DNA from: Octopus bimaculoides
Lineage: Eukaryota
NCBI RefSeq assembly: GCF_001194135.2
Contig: NC_068983.1
Coordinates: 70,483,691-70,547,690, forward strand
Length of the DNA stretch: 64,000 nt
Direction of reading: 5' to 3'
The notes under the pieces were generated by a model. That model was given only the letters and a program-made list of their open reading frames with translations, made no database searches and had not been told where the DNA came from. The position numbers and the translations under genes were made by a program. How positions within the stretch are numbered: the first letter of the stretch is position 1; every line of letters begins with the position of its first letter. Below, in pieces: positions 10,241 to 22,786 of this stretch.

Positions 10241-11585
10241 ACCTATCTATTTGTATAAACGTCTATGCAGTTTGCATCAACGAAATTATATTCACAAGGA
10301 AGTAGCCAATACAATCTATCGTGGAAGAAATTTCCTCCAGATGTCAAGCTGTGGTACTGAACTTAAAATCACGTGATTATAAACCGAACTTTTAAATATG
10401 TGTGTGTGTGCGCGCGCGCGAGCATGCGTGTTTGCGTGCGCACGTATATGAGTGGGTGTAGGCGTTTGTATATTCGTATCTGTGTGTTGTGTTATAGACG
10501 GTTTCTTCCGGTACAGTTATGGAAATTATGAAAGCTATGTTCAATAGCTCTCGCTCGCATTTATGTCACCATCAACGATAATGTTGTGACAACGGCGAAA
10601 ATCAAAGTCTTTCTTACAGATCGTATTGATCGGCATGGATGCTAAAATTCTTGTTGCTGCATGTCTCTTTTTCCTTTTCACAACTACTGTCTGAAGATGA
10701 TGATGTTTAGAATCTAGCTATACTAGTTTTTTTGTTTTTATAATTTTATTTTTTTGTGATTTTTTATTGTAATGTTGGTAGTTAATTCTTTTTGGATTGA
10801 AATGTTTTTAGCCTTCCATATAGTTTATCCAATTAATACACAATTTAGTGAGGAAACAAGTAGCTACAAGAAATGCCACAAGTATTGTTCAACAGTAGAA
10901 AACAGGATATGTCTTATCACGATTCCTCTCATCCACCGTACGTACATTCAACGCCATTGATGTTGGGATCTGAAGAAAGTATTGATCTTCTGCCAGAGAT
11001 AACGGCCATGATGGACAAAAAAGTAGATAAAATAAAATAAAATGGAAAACGATAAAACTGATGTAATTCACAATAGTCTGACTTTGTGCCGAAGAAACTT
11101 ATAGAATGGCTTCCAAACTTAAAAACAGAATATCTATCAAAGTCTACACAGATGAGCTTGGCAGCTGATGCCATGATGGTAATAGGTTTAATAAAACGTA
11201 GTAGTCTGTATGATAAAGCAGCACCAAGCAAATAAAAATCAAATATTTCAACTGTCATTGAAGGCGCGTAGCCGAATGGTTAGAGTCTTATGTCTGCTTA
11301 ATGGTTAAGTGTTCATAAGGCCGGGTTCAATTTCTGGGCAGAGTCGTGTATTATTACAGGATGGTGTATTATTATGAATAAAAAAAGGACCAAAGATCCT
11401 TCCTGAGCTAAAATCTTACAAGGCCGGTTTTCCAATTTCTGTGGCTGTGGCTGCAAAGGCATCAGGACGTCCGGTTGAAGGTACTGGCAACTTTGGTCGT
11501 CGTCCGGGGCGTTACGTGCTAGTAAGACTTCACTTTACGTGTTTGGGTCTTCCAAATACAAATAGTGAATAACATAAACGTCAAA

Positions 11586-12840
11586 TATTGTAAGAATCCT
11601 TAAGAATGTGATACAAACATGCAATTTGGCACACCTATAGTTTAAAACATGCTCTTTAAGATAGGTGTGATAGCCAACGTGAAAATTGAAAATGGCAGCC
11701 ATCACAACCTCTCTCGTCAACGGTCACATACGCACTGCATTTGCCACACCAAACTACAGCTGATTTAGCATAATGAGGCATAAATGCGTTCAAACACAAA
11801 AGCACACGTATTCAACATTCGTAGAATAAGAACACCAATTTATTATTAAAAAGATCTATGTAAATTAAGTTATTACTTGAATGTTTATGAATTTAAAATT
11901 AGAAATAACATAAATAACCGTATTATTTCAGAGTCTTTCAAGGCTGTTTATTTTATTTTTATAACAATACCCTAGATATTGTAACATATTATCAGGTCTG
12001 ATATATGTTTCAATTTTGCTGATATGAACAAGGCAAGTGTACACATCGCCATCAGAACTGGCTCTAAAGAAAATGATCAAAAAGATTCCTGAGCTCCCAG
12101 AAAGCTTTTCTGGAGAAGCGCCCTATGCCTCCTTCGGGTGACATTCCCACCCTATCTGCAGCTCCGAATCTATGATGGATCCAGTTCGGAGCTTTCTGTA
12201 AATAAAGCCTGGAAAATCATGTTTGCAGAAAAGAACAGACACTATGATGCAATCCCACCCACGCGAAGAGCTCTTGTCCAGCATATCTGACGAGCTACAT
12301 ATCAGGCGGGGTACATATGGGCCTACGCTCTCCAGACGAAACCTGCACCACTGCCATTACCTATCATCTGAGGGGAAAATAATGACGATGGCACATTCAT
12401 TATTCACTGGACTTAACTAAGAACCATAGTAGAACAATGCCAAGCACTTAAAAAGTGCCAATGTAAAACTGAGTGTGCAGAACGTTGCACATGCAAGAAG
12501 TCAGCCCTCCCTTGTACTTCCCTTTGTGTCTGCCCATACATTTGATTGATGATGAAACCCGTATAACCTGATTTAGTGAAGAAGATAGTAGAAAAATCCT
12601 TCAAAAGGTATATATAAGGCTATTTGTGTAAAAAATTGCATAACGAATAACGTTTATTATAATAAAACTTATTTCCTGTGCATTGCGATTATTAATTCTT
12701 AATGTTGGACGCCACCTTGGATTTCGGCCGCTATTTTCTATTTTCACGTTGGCAATCATGCCTATCTTAAAGAGAATGTTTTAATCTATAGGTGTGCCGG
12801 ACTGCATATTTATATCACCTTTTCAAAGATTTTTCTACTA
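11586..12840 (+). mobile_element. Internally deleted Academ-type (AcademX-like) DNA transposon relic with ~115-bp imperfect TIRs
   Basis: Inverted arms ~11586-11700 and ~12729-12840 (ggcacacctatagtttaaaacatgctctttaagatagg vs its reverse complement), with the right end in CTA. The interior (~12160-12540) translates to IYDGSSSELSVNKAWKIMFAEKNRHYDAIPPTRRALVQHI*RATYQAGYIW...CQCKTECAERCTCKKSALPCTSLCVC, the PPT..H..RA.YQ..IW segment plus Cys8 finger I recall at the C-terminus of Academ proteins. Confidence 0.7.
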
Positions 12841-13571
12841 TTTTCTTCAATAAAAAGGGAAAATGTGAAAATAATAATTATGAAATGAAATAAAATCAAA
12901 AAGGAAAATCTCTTGAGTGAATCAAGCTTTATTTAAGAATATCGCGAAGGTGAGAGTAGAAACGACCAACTATACGTTACTGTATTTCACAGATTAATAT
13001 TAACTTCAGTATTTCTACTAAGTTTCGGTTACAAAGAATGTTTAACAGCGAATATCATAATGAAAATTAACTTATTCACTTGTAACTAACACGATCATGA
13101 TAATGGCTTATCCAATTGGAAGTTAAACAAAATTTTATACATAGCTCTCAGCTTTTTAATTTCTTGTCCAAGACGAAGGGAAGAGTGGTCAGGAAGAATA
13201 ATTCGGAAAATAATATTTCCGTTATGCCTAACAACTCTCCGACAACTAGCACATACTACTTTGATTGCAAATACTGCATACCCCAAATCCTTAAGCACAT
13301 ATAAATACACTTTTCTTCACTGATGTTTCTGAACAGTAACTTACATTCACGTAACACATACATACATACATATGTATATACGCATATACATATAGAGTCA
13401 ACAGGTGAAATCCAGAGATATTCCATACAGGAAACTCAGTAGTGCTCAGATGATTTGAACTTACACTCCGAACTCTTTATCGAGGATAAAGTCCGCGGAG
13501 TAAAGAGTGGCTATAAGAGAAATCCAGATGAGCTGATATGGAAGCGTGTTTATCTGGATCGCTATCTCGGC

Positions 13572-13597
13572 ACGCACGCACACACACACACACACAC

Positions 13598-13678
<81 letters not shown>
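13572..13678. repeat. (CA)n microsatellite
   Basis: Directly visible. Confidence 0.95.
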
Positions 13679-13681
<3 letters not shown>

Positions 13682-15100
13682 AAGTATTTTGTTTTATTAG
13701 CCTCTGGGTTGTTTAGGAAAAAAATCTATGCCCAATACATCCCTGAAGCAGGTGTTACTGAAAGAATAAGGGAGGTCTGTTTGCTGCAGCTTTCTAAGTT
13801 TTATAGAATAATGAAAGTTACAAAATCTATAATAAAAAGTTTTTATTGCATTCACCCTGAAACCATTGACACAAAATTATTACCTATATTTTCAAGCAAT
13901 TTTCTGACTAAATCGAGTTTTAATTGAATATTTCTTTTTTGCTTTGTAATCTACAATCATCGTAATCACAAAGCCACGGATTCGATCCTACTGTGCGGTA
14001 TCTTAAGCAAGTATCTCTGATCATAACTTCGACTCGACCCAAGCCTTGTAACAGAGACTAAATAAACAGAAATGGTGAAAGCTGGAAGTCCGATGGGTGG
14101 TTGTACTTTAATTCAAAATTCCAGCTTTGTCCAACTTTCTCATGCTGCGAAAGGACATAACATGTCCCCTTTATCTGAGAAATAAAAGTTACTCGGATCT
14201 GAAGAATGTTCAGCAATTCACGCGCTAATTCAGCGAGCAGGTAGTTCAGTCGATCGAACAACCGAAATCTTAATGTTACAACTATCAGAGGTTCGTTTAC
14301 ATCACACATTCTGCATTGTTGCATACAGCAAAACGTTTTATTTGATTTACTGCACTAATGTGTACAGCTAGCATTTGAAATATTAATTATTATTATTTCA
14401 TTATTTCGTTTATATTTTGAGGATCTTAATACAGTTGCCATATTGATTTAGATGAAATTTTATATTCTTTAGTATTGTGGTACAACATTTACAGCGAGAC
14501 ACGTAAGACAAGAGAATGCTAAGAAAGAAATAGAGAAGATTTGGAATCGTCGATAAGGCTGAGTCGATCTTTTGTGAGAAAGAACATATCTCAGTAAAAT
14601 GAAATCCACAGCTCTTTGCATAGTCAACAAAGGACTGGTGCAAGACGATTACGAAATCTTATGTTTCGGATAAGGCGCTGTGTAGGGAAGGAGATGGACC
14701 GACTACAAAGAAAAAAAGCTCAGTTATTGATAAAGTTGTTTTAAAATGCTTAACGTATGTTACAAGCAAGTTATGGCCCATAACGTATGCACTTTAACCC
14801 ATGGATTCATCATCGAAAATTCTGAACTCACTAGCCTTGGACATGGAGAAAGAGAGATATAGAGTAATCAGGTCTTTTGGATACTTTAATTAGCGCAAAT
14901 GGACTTCAGTTCTGATATATTTTGTTTAACTTGTGCACTTCGTAATCTTTTAATTATCCGATGTGATTGTAAGTTGTTTTTTTCTATTTTCAATAATTGC
15001 TCTACCAGATACACCTTTCATATTTTGTATGCATGAATGAGGTTGCATATAATTGACCTCAGTGGTTAATCAAAGAAAGGATTATAATAATAGTTATTAT

Positions 15101-15255
15101 TTGGCAGAAACGTTTGAACGTCAGACAAAATGCCTTGTGGTAGTTGTTCTAACTATTTGATTTGGGTTCAAATCTGCCGTGGTCAACCTTGCCTTTTAAC
15201 CTGCAGGGACGATAAAAGAAGGTAGGAGCTAGGTACTGGGATTGATTCAATCGAC
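15101..15255 (+). mobile_element. Degenerate SINE family A copy
   Basis: ttggcagaaacgtt...gggttcaaatctgccgtggtcaaccttgccttttaacctgcagggacgataaaa: A/B-box head plus central domain. Confidence 0.65.
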
Positions 15256-16110
15256 AATTATTATTATAAGTTTTTTTTTTTCTAAATTTTCACTTGATTT
15301 TGTATTTAACTGTAAAACTACTTTTATCCTTCCATTGTCTATAAACAACTTGTTTGTCAAACAATACAGCTATTTGTAATATCACTATTTCATGTCTCTT
15401 TATTTTAATTGGTTGTATGTTTGGAGGTTCTGTGGCTTATTAAAAGGCCGAATTCTTTGAGCGTCGGGTAAAATGCAATGAGGTAGTATTTAGTTACAAC
15501 TCTTTAGGTGGTTCTGAGTTCAAATCTCCAAATTTACTCAACATTTACCTAAATTAGAAATTGAGGTGTATTCTTAGAATTGTTAGCCAGACGATAGTAA
15601 TGCCAAACCTCTCAACAAATTTCAGGTCTTATGCCTATGATCGGAGCAGTTTAAGGAAAGAATCGTTAAGGAGTCGAACAAAATGCTTTGCGGGATTTAT
15701 TCCTTCTCTGTATGTTATAATAGATATAATGCGCTTACGTTTTCTGTCTTTCTGTATGTATAAATATATATACAATCGTTAAATGAAGAAGCAGTGATAT
15801 ATATATATTTATANNNNNNNNNNATATATATATGTAAACAAACAAGATTTGCTTTTTTAGAAGCGTTGAAATGTATTGAAATATATAGATATGGAAATAT
15901 TTTATTCTCAAACGCAGAATAATAATACTGAATAACATAGAATATCCTTATATTGCAGAAAAAATTGTTAGCGGCCAGCCATGAAACTCGAACTCACATC
16001 TCTGTGATTACTGGTCATAGTGCTTTACCTTTAGCTAAACTACCCACTCACAACTTCTGCAATTTTTGAACTAATAAATATAGCTTAATAAAATATTTCC
16101 ATATTTTTAT

Positions 16111-17791
16111 AATTAAATAACTAAACTGGTAAGTATCTAAATCAAATCTTATATAAACAAAGAACTGAAAATTGTAGCACAATTGTCTAATTTGGGGTGC
16201 AATATATTGCCATGGGACCAAATGAATCCCTGGAAATCTTGTTGTTTACTAATACAGGAATATTTAAGCTATTGGAATGTTCGTGATAATACATTGTCCG
16301 GTCAATATTTCCATATTTTCATATATTTCAATACATCTCAACGCTTCTATATATAAATCCCCCAAAATGGAACAAGAACGCAACAGTCGACACTAAAACA
16401 TCCGGACAGATAGACAATACAAAGACGGACATGAAAAATCAACAAAAGGACGGACAGGAAAAAACAAGGACGGATCATACGCACTTTTCTCTCGTCAGTC
16501 AAGTTTCCAAATCATCCTTACAGTTTCGGCTTGAGACTGTTCAAATCTGGCCAGCCCCAAAAACCTAAGCTAAGAGCATTAAATATTTTTGGAGAAAGCC
16601 AGCGAATATGTACGACAACAAATACAAAAACGACAAAAATGTAGAAAATGCTACACAGTTACAAATACAAACAAGAAAATAACAACAGGTGTCTTTCGAC
16701 TGATAGTGACGAATCAAATTGAGCTGGCATGTGTAAAGTGAAAGCCTTGAGGCAGGAACATAGATGAAAATAACAGATGAAAGTCATGAGACAGGAATAT
16801 AAGAGATGCTTCATCTTCGGCAATCAAGCCAAGAATCAAAGATCATGTCTGACCGAACACCGGTCATGTGAAAGGAAAGGGGAGAGGTAGGGGGAATAGG
16901 GATAGAAGAACTGGGGAGAACGAGAAAGAGAAAGAATCAAAGGGATATAGAGAAGATACAAGAGAGATAAACGAGGAAAAGTAGATATATTAAAGAAAGA
17001 GAAAGCCAAGAAATGTGAGAGAGAGGATCGAAAAGAGAAAATAAAAATGAAAGCATGATGGTGACTAAAAGAAAGAGTAAAAGAGTCGTAACAGGCCGAA
17101 ACTGTAAGGATGATTTGGCAACTTGGCTGACGAGAGAAAACTGCAAATGACCCGTTCTTGTTTTTTTCCTGTCCGTCCTTTTGTTGTTTTTTCATGTCCG
17201 TCTTTGTATCATCTATCTATCCGGATGTTTTATTGTCGTTTGTTGCGTTCTTGTTCCAGTTTTTTTTTATCTATAAATAAATACAGCGGCGTACGTACAC
17301 TTTTGCTCACCTTATAAGTAAGTATATATGTATATATATTGTGCGTGTGTATGCATTATAAAATATGGATAAGTTAAATTAAGGAAAATGGAAACAAGAC
17401 TACTTTTGCATTTTAGCTTGTTTTAATCTTTACAGCTAAGCCCATTCTAGAGCATGATGTTTGATTTAACAACTTAATAATAATAATAAAAACCTACTAA
17501 GAATATGTTGCTTGTATATGCTTATACGTCGTCAGTTCGATTGGGAATAAACCTTTCCTAGTTGTATCATTTCATTAAAATAAGTCATAAAATTAAATAA
17601 CTAAACTGGTAAGTATCTAAATCAAATCTTATATAAACAAAGAACTGAAAATTGTAGCATAATTGTCTAATTTGGGGTGCAATATAATATTGCCATAGGA
17701 ACAAACGAATCCCTGGAAACCTTGTTGTTTACTAATACAGGAATATTTAAGCTATTGGAATGTTCGTGATAATACATTGTTCGGTCAATAT
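16111..17791 (+). repeat. Direct repeat pair of ~200 bp (16111-16308 and 17591-17791)
   Basis: Both start aattaaataactaaactggtaagtatctaaatc and end ggtcaatat, with few substitutions and one 3-bp indel. Confidence 0.9.
16364..17263. repeat. Inverted pair (~167 bp each) of an interspersed repeat, resembling the inverted pseudo-LTR arrangement of PLEs
   Basis: 16364-16530 is the reverse complement of 17095-17263 (e.g. gacggacaggaaaaaacaag / cttgtttttttcctgtccgtc). A third copy lies at ~25868-26015. Confidence 0.8.
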
Positions 17792-18124
17792 AAACTTTGT
17801 GTTTCAGTTCACGGTTGGTCTTGTGTACGGTTGAAATTATATTATTTCCTTTAGTTGATTTAACCCTTCGTGAATTCATGAATGTTATATCTCTCAGTTC
17901 TTATTCCCTGAACATAAAATATGTAATCAATTATTACAAGATGTTTCTTACGAATAGTGAAATGCAAAACATTTCCTTTCATGTATATCTTGAATAATAC
18001 AATTGTTATCCACTTGTGAGCTGGGCCGCGTTATGTGATATGCTTGTATGCTATCAATTCTCAAAAGAACAGTGGTGTTAAGTGATATCTAACAACAATG
18101 AATGTAACATACCGATAAGACGAG

Positions 18125-18850
18125 AACAGTTACCATCAGAAAACTCTAGAGAAAAGTTGCAAAACTTTATGGACATATTCTGGAATGCTTGCGATTTATT
18201 TGGTTTCACAATCAGTCTTAAAAATTCAGTTATGGGAAAAAAGCACTCCAGATCTTCTTGCATAAAGATCAAATGAAGGAAACTAGACATGTGTATTATT
18301 TCCAGCATCTTGGTTTCACTACTACAGATGACTACAGACAAACTTCCCCGGGATCACAACTTATGTTGGCAATACGGATGCTACTATCCCGCGACTTACT
18401 CAAAAAGTATGCTAGAATAAACATCTCAGAACGTGTACAAGGCCGATATACGCTTCTGTATAGCAGCGACATATGGCAACATATTCTTCACAAGAACAAA
18501 ATCTTCACGGGTTTTAAGCATATGTCTATGTATAATTTTTGTAATGAAATTTTTGTAATGAAATTTTTGTAATGAAATGGTAGTTGAGGATATGCAACCC
18601 TGGTGTACTTAAGAGAGCTAGATTTTATATTCCTGCTTACTTCTCTGCAGCAACGACGATTTGCATGGTTTAGGCATGGTAGCTTTCCAAAAGTCATGCT
18701 ATATGGATAATTGACATCTGGGTCGCGAGACAGAAGCTACCAGAATGTGTTATTCAATGTGTGTATGTCATGAAAGCGATGAGCATGAATTCCATCACCA
18801 GGGAAGCAACAGTAGACAAGCGTCCTCTATGAAAAGAAAAAAAATAGCAA
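18125..18850 (+). mobile_element. Degenerate RTE-clade LINE fragment (RT C-terminal region to ORF end)
   Basis: EKLQNFMDIFWNACDLFGFTISLKNSVM..HVYYFQHLGFT and the downstream MKAMSMNSIT.EATVDKRPL resemble RTE/BovB segments (LQ.LMD.F..AC..FGLTISLKKT.VM; F.YLGS). Confidence 0.75.
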
Positions 18851-20163
18851 TTGTCTTTGCAGGAATTAAGTTGCAGAGCAAAAGAGAACTTTCATAAGGT
18901 TTTGACGAATGAAGATAACAACAGGATTTATATTTTCTCATAGAAAATCCTCATACGGTATCTACGCATGTAGCATCAGACTTTATATCTCAGAACTGTA
19001 GCCAGGTATAAATACAGAGGCTTGAACTTCACAATCATTTTAGAACTAGCTCTTCATCCTTATCTTCTACAGGTGCAATATAGAGTCTGCAAGAATAGTG
19101 GATACCGCATTTGCGGCTTCATCGAGAACTCGGGCTATAGATCCAAGATTCATTCCACAGTAAAACAAAGCATTTTAAAATGAGGTATGCTCTACATTTT
19201 CTTACAATAATGTGTTGATGTATGATGATGGCTAGTTTGGTGATGTGATGAAGTTAGCAAAGATAACAATGATGATGATAATGATGGTGAAGATAGTGAT
19301 GGTGAAGTTATGGTGTAGGTAAAAGTAGTAATGGTGAAAGAAAAAAATGAAGAGAGAAGAAAAAAAAAACGAAAGAAAACACGTGTAGCATTTAACGGTT
19401 CAATATGATGAAAACAGGAATTCGAAGACCGAACAGACCTTTCACTAAGTACTCCGCCAAGTGCATGGCGAGCGACAATGACCATGGTTGAGAGTACGAT
19501 GAACTTTCATGTCATTCTGATAAACTGGAGTTGATGTTTTCGACCATCATGAATTGTTCTGAATATTGTTCTGTTGCTTTCTTTCTCAGCACCCTTGTAT
19601 AGATATATATGGATGTACACATGCATATATATCTATTCGAATATATGATTATGTGTGCATTTTATACGCGTGTGAATGTTGATGTGATATCTATCACATA
19701 ACCAATAAGATTATGAAACACGTGTAAACGAATGGATTAAACGTCTATTTTCTCACCTCACTTCTCTTATCTGTTCAATCCATATATGTATATAGTCATT
19801 ATGAGAATATATGAACCTCTTACAGGGATAGCTTTATCTAAGATACACTGGTTTAATATATTATATTTCAAGATATAATTCATCAATAGATATATTATAC
19901 AAATATCAAATATTATTAAGAAAATGGAGAGATATAATGGATATAAATTAATTTTTAATTAACATTGCCTACAATCGTTTCAATTTACACTCAATACAAA
20001 TTACAAAATATACATATTAAAATAATTCTGCATTTAAAAAAAATTTGTGTGAAATATCTTCCAAGCAAAATGGATATTACAGTATGAATCGGTTGAAGTA
20101 TTCCAACAGATCTGTTGGAGTACCTCAAACGATTCATTATGTTCATTATATCTCTCCATTTTC

Positions 20164-20164
<1 letters not shown>

Positions 20165-20230
<66 letters not shown>

Positions 20231-20250
20231 TATATATATATATATATATA

Positions 20251-20317
<67 letters not shown>
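20165..20317. repeat. Compound microsatellite (TAA)n-(TA)n-(TTA)n
   Basis: Directly visible. The two trinucleotide runs are reverse complements of each other. Confidence 0.95.
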
Positions 20318-20319
<2 letters not shown>

Positions 20320-20449
20320 GATGTGTGTATGTATATGTATATATATATATAGTTCAAAAACACAATAACAAAAAAACAAAAAAACAACAAAGTGAGGACG
20401 TGATATGGATAGTATTATTGGACGCTCAGGAAAGGAAAGAGAGAGTGTA

Positions 20450-20480
20450 TGACGTTTCGGGCGTAGCCCTTCGTCGGAAA
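20450..20480 (-). ncRNA. Hammerhead-like core (variant CCGACGA) in a PLE-end fragment
   Basis: Minus strand reads CCGACGA A GGGC tac GCCC GAAA CGT C: perfect stem II, GAAA core and GUC site, but U4 is C and no stem I partner is visible. Confidence 0.5.
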
Positions 20481-20544
20481 GATGGAAAGTTCGGAGAATG
20501 GAAGAACGGAGAAAGAGGAAAATGGTACCGATGCCCACGAGGTT

Positions 20545-22211
20545 GTTGGAAAATAATATTTACTATGAAATGATTGTGCAATACAACCAACAGAAGACAT
20601 TTAAAAGCTTATTCTCTTTACTTCAAATACATGGAAAGGGCCTCACTAAACATGAAGTTGACTATTTATCCAATTTTAAATACAGACCTAGTCTATTCTA
20701 CGGATTACCTAAAAAACACAAAAATACACATATTTGTAAAGCTTGCAAAGTTTCTCAAAGCCTATGCATTAATGATCCTCCCCCTACTGACCTTAAACTG
20801 AGAACCATCATTACTGGCCTTCACCCATCATTCGATGTTGTGAATTTGTACACCAATATCCCACACCATAATGGTATAGAAGCAATCACCTTCTGGATAG
20901 AAAAATACCCACAAGAGACCCCAGGACGCATCAACCATAATCGCAGTACTCAAATTCATCCTACTGAACAACTATTTCATGTTTGATACAGATTATTATC
21001 GACAAAAATGTGGAATTGCAATGGGAACCGAGCTGCTCCAGTGATTGCGAACCTTGTAATGGGTTACCTAGAGCTTAAAATATATGAATCATCTCTACAA
21101 AAATATGGTACCTCTTTTCACTGTTATTTAAAGGAGAACTGGAAGAGGTATCTGGACGATTGCTTTATACTTTGGAAAGACAGCATGGACAAACTCATCG
21201 GTTTCAAAATAATGCTTAACAATATTAATAGCAACATACAATTCACCATGGGACACAGCAGTAAACAACTCACTTTTTCTTGACAACCTAATTAAAATAG
21301 TCAATAACCACATCGAAATAGACATCTATAAACCCACAGATTCTAAACAATACTTATTATTCAACTCATATCACCCCAAACACATGAAAATTAATATACC
21401 TTATAATCTAGCGAAAAGAATCTGCACATAGTTTCGGACTCCTATACTCGTGAACGAAGTCTCCTTGAACTCAGATCAATACTAATCAAAAGACATTACC
21501 CAATATCTTTAATAAATGATGGAATTAAGCGAGCTAAGGAAATAGACATACGAATATTAAGGGAAGCCAACTGATATACTAAACCAGATTTTAAAATACT
21601 CTCATACATCTCCACACATAGCCCCAGAAACAACGAAGCCTTTAACGTTATCACCCAAAATCTACCCATCCTCACAAGAGATAAAATAATGAACAAAGTT
21701 TTAGGCTCACACAAAATTATCAAAACTAAAATGCAACTTAAATCATTGAAAAAAATATTAACCAGCGCAAGACTGTATCCATTAACAACAGAACCAAAAG
21801 TAAAAAAAAAATGTGGTTGGCCTAACTATGGTACTTGCCCCCCACCTTTTGGAGGGTTCAGAGTTCCACTTTAAACAAGGTGAAATATTTAAGATTAAAT
21901 CAAATTTTACCTGTGCCTTAGAAAATCTAATCTATGCCATTACATGCTTAGGGTGTGGTAATAATTATATTGGCCAAACAGGAATATCACACCGTAGAAG
22001 AACCACTTTCCACAAAGAACAAATCCGCCACCCACAATACAGACAGATACAGGTCAGTGGACACATAGAAAGGTGTGCGAGGAATCTTAATCTTAATTTC
22101 CTAATTTTCCCCTTCTATCACTGTTTACAGAACACCTCAATACAAGAAAGAATGAATAAAGAGGCAACTTTCATCAATAAATATCTTCCACAACTAAATA
22201 TGAACACATAA
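20545..22211 (+). mobile_element. 5'-truncated, internally deleted Penelope-like element, Neptune type (RT + GIY-YIG)
   Basis: FYGLPKKHK..LKLRTIITG|..SFDVVNLYTNIPH..; MGNRAAPVIANLVMGYLE..WKRYLDDCFILW (RT); Cys-bearing linker KKCGWPNYGTCP; endonuclease NLIYAITCLGCGNNYIGQTG..RTTFHKEQIR..VSGHIERC..ERMNKEATFINKYLPQLN. A probable 3' UTR runs to ~22500. Confidence 0.9.
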
Positions 22212-22619
22212 CATAATATAGAGCACTACTAACTTTTCATTTAATACCACTAACCCCCATACATCACATACACCATTCACATTACAGATCTACCCTAATT
22301 GCACCAAATCTAGAACTACTTACCTCCCCTACACATAATTTTTTTACTCGGGGACTAGTAGACCTGACACCGTTCAGTATTCGGTGTACATTCAAATATT
22401 ACGAAACCGGTATGCTTTTGAATCTCTTTAACTCACAATAATGACTTTTATTACTTTTATTCCTACCTCAGTTCATCTAATTGTGTACATGTATCGTTAC
22501 TTTTCATAAAAAGCCTTTATTTTTTTAAATTTCCAATGTGCATTTCCACTTATTTTTCTTCATACTTTCCCCTTACATTTCCACGTGTACTTTCTATTTT
22601 GTTTTTGTAACATATTTCT

Positions 22620-22727
22620 ATTATATATATATGTATATTATATACAAGCATATATATATATATATATATATACACATACACACACATACATGCATGCAGA
22701 CATACATATATATATATATATACATAC

Positions 22728-22786
<59 letters not shown>

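Noticed and set aside
14058-14324. 88-aa minus-strand ORF (CRMCDVNEPLIVVTLRFRLFDRLNYLLAELARELLN..) as a host exon
   Set aside because: No recognisable homology, a weak acceptor and several conflicting splice options. It cannot be supported without RNA data.
14616-14633. Partial match to miR-153 (TTGCATAGTCA)
   Set aside because: The 3' half diverges from this highly conserved miRNA and the putative hairpin has weak pairing with an oversized loop.
22363-22412. Hammerhead-like CGAAACCGGTA in the Neptune 3' region
   Set aside because: Only the 3' half is present. The upstream CTGACACC is not a valid core.
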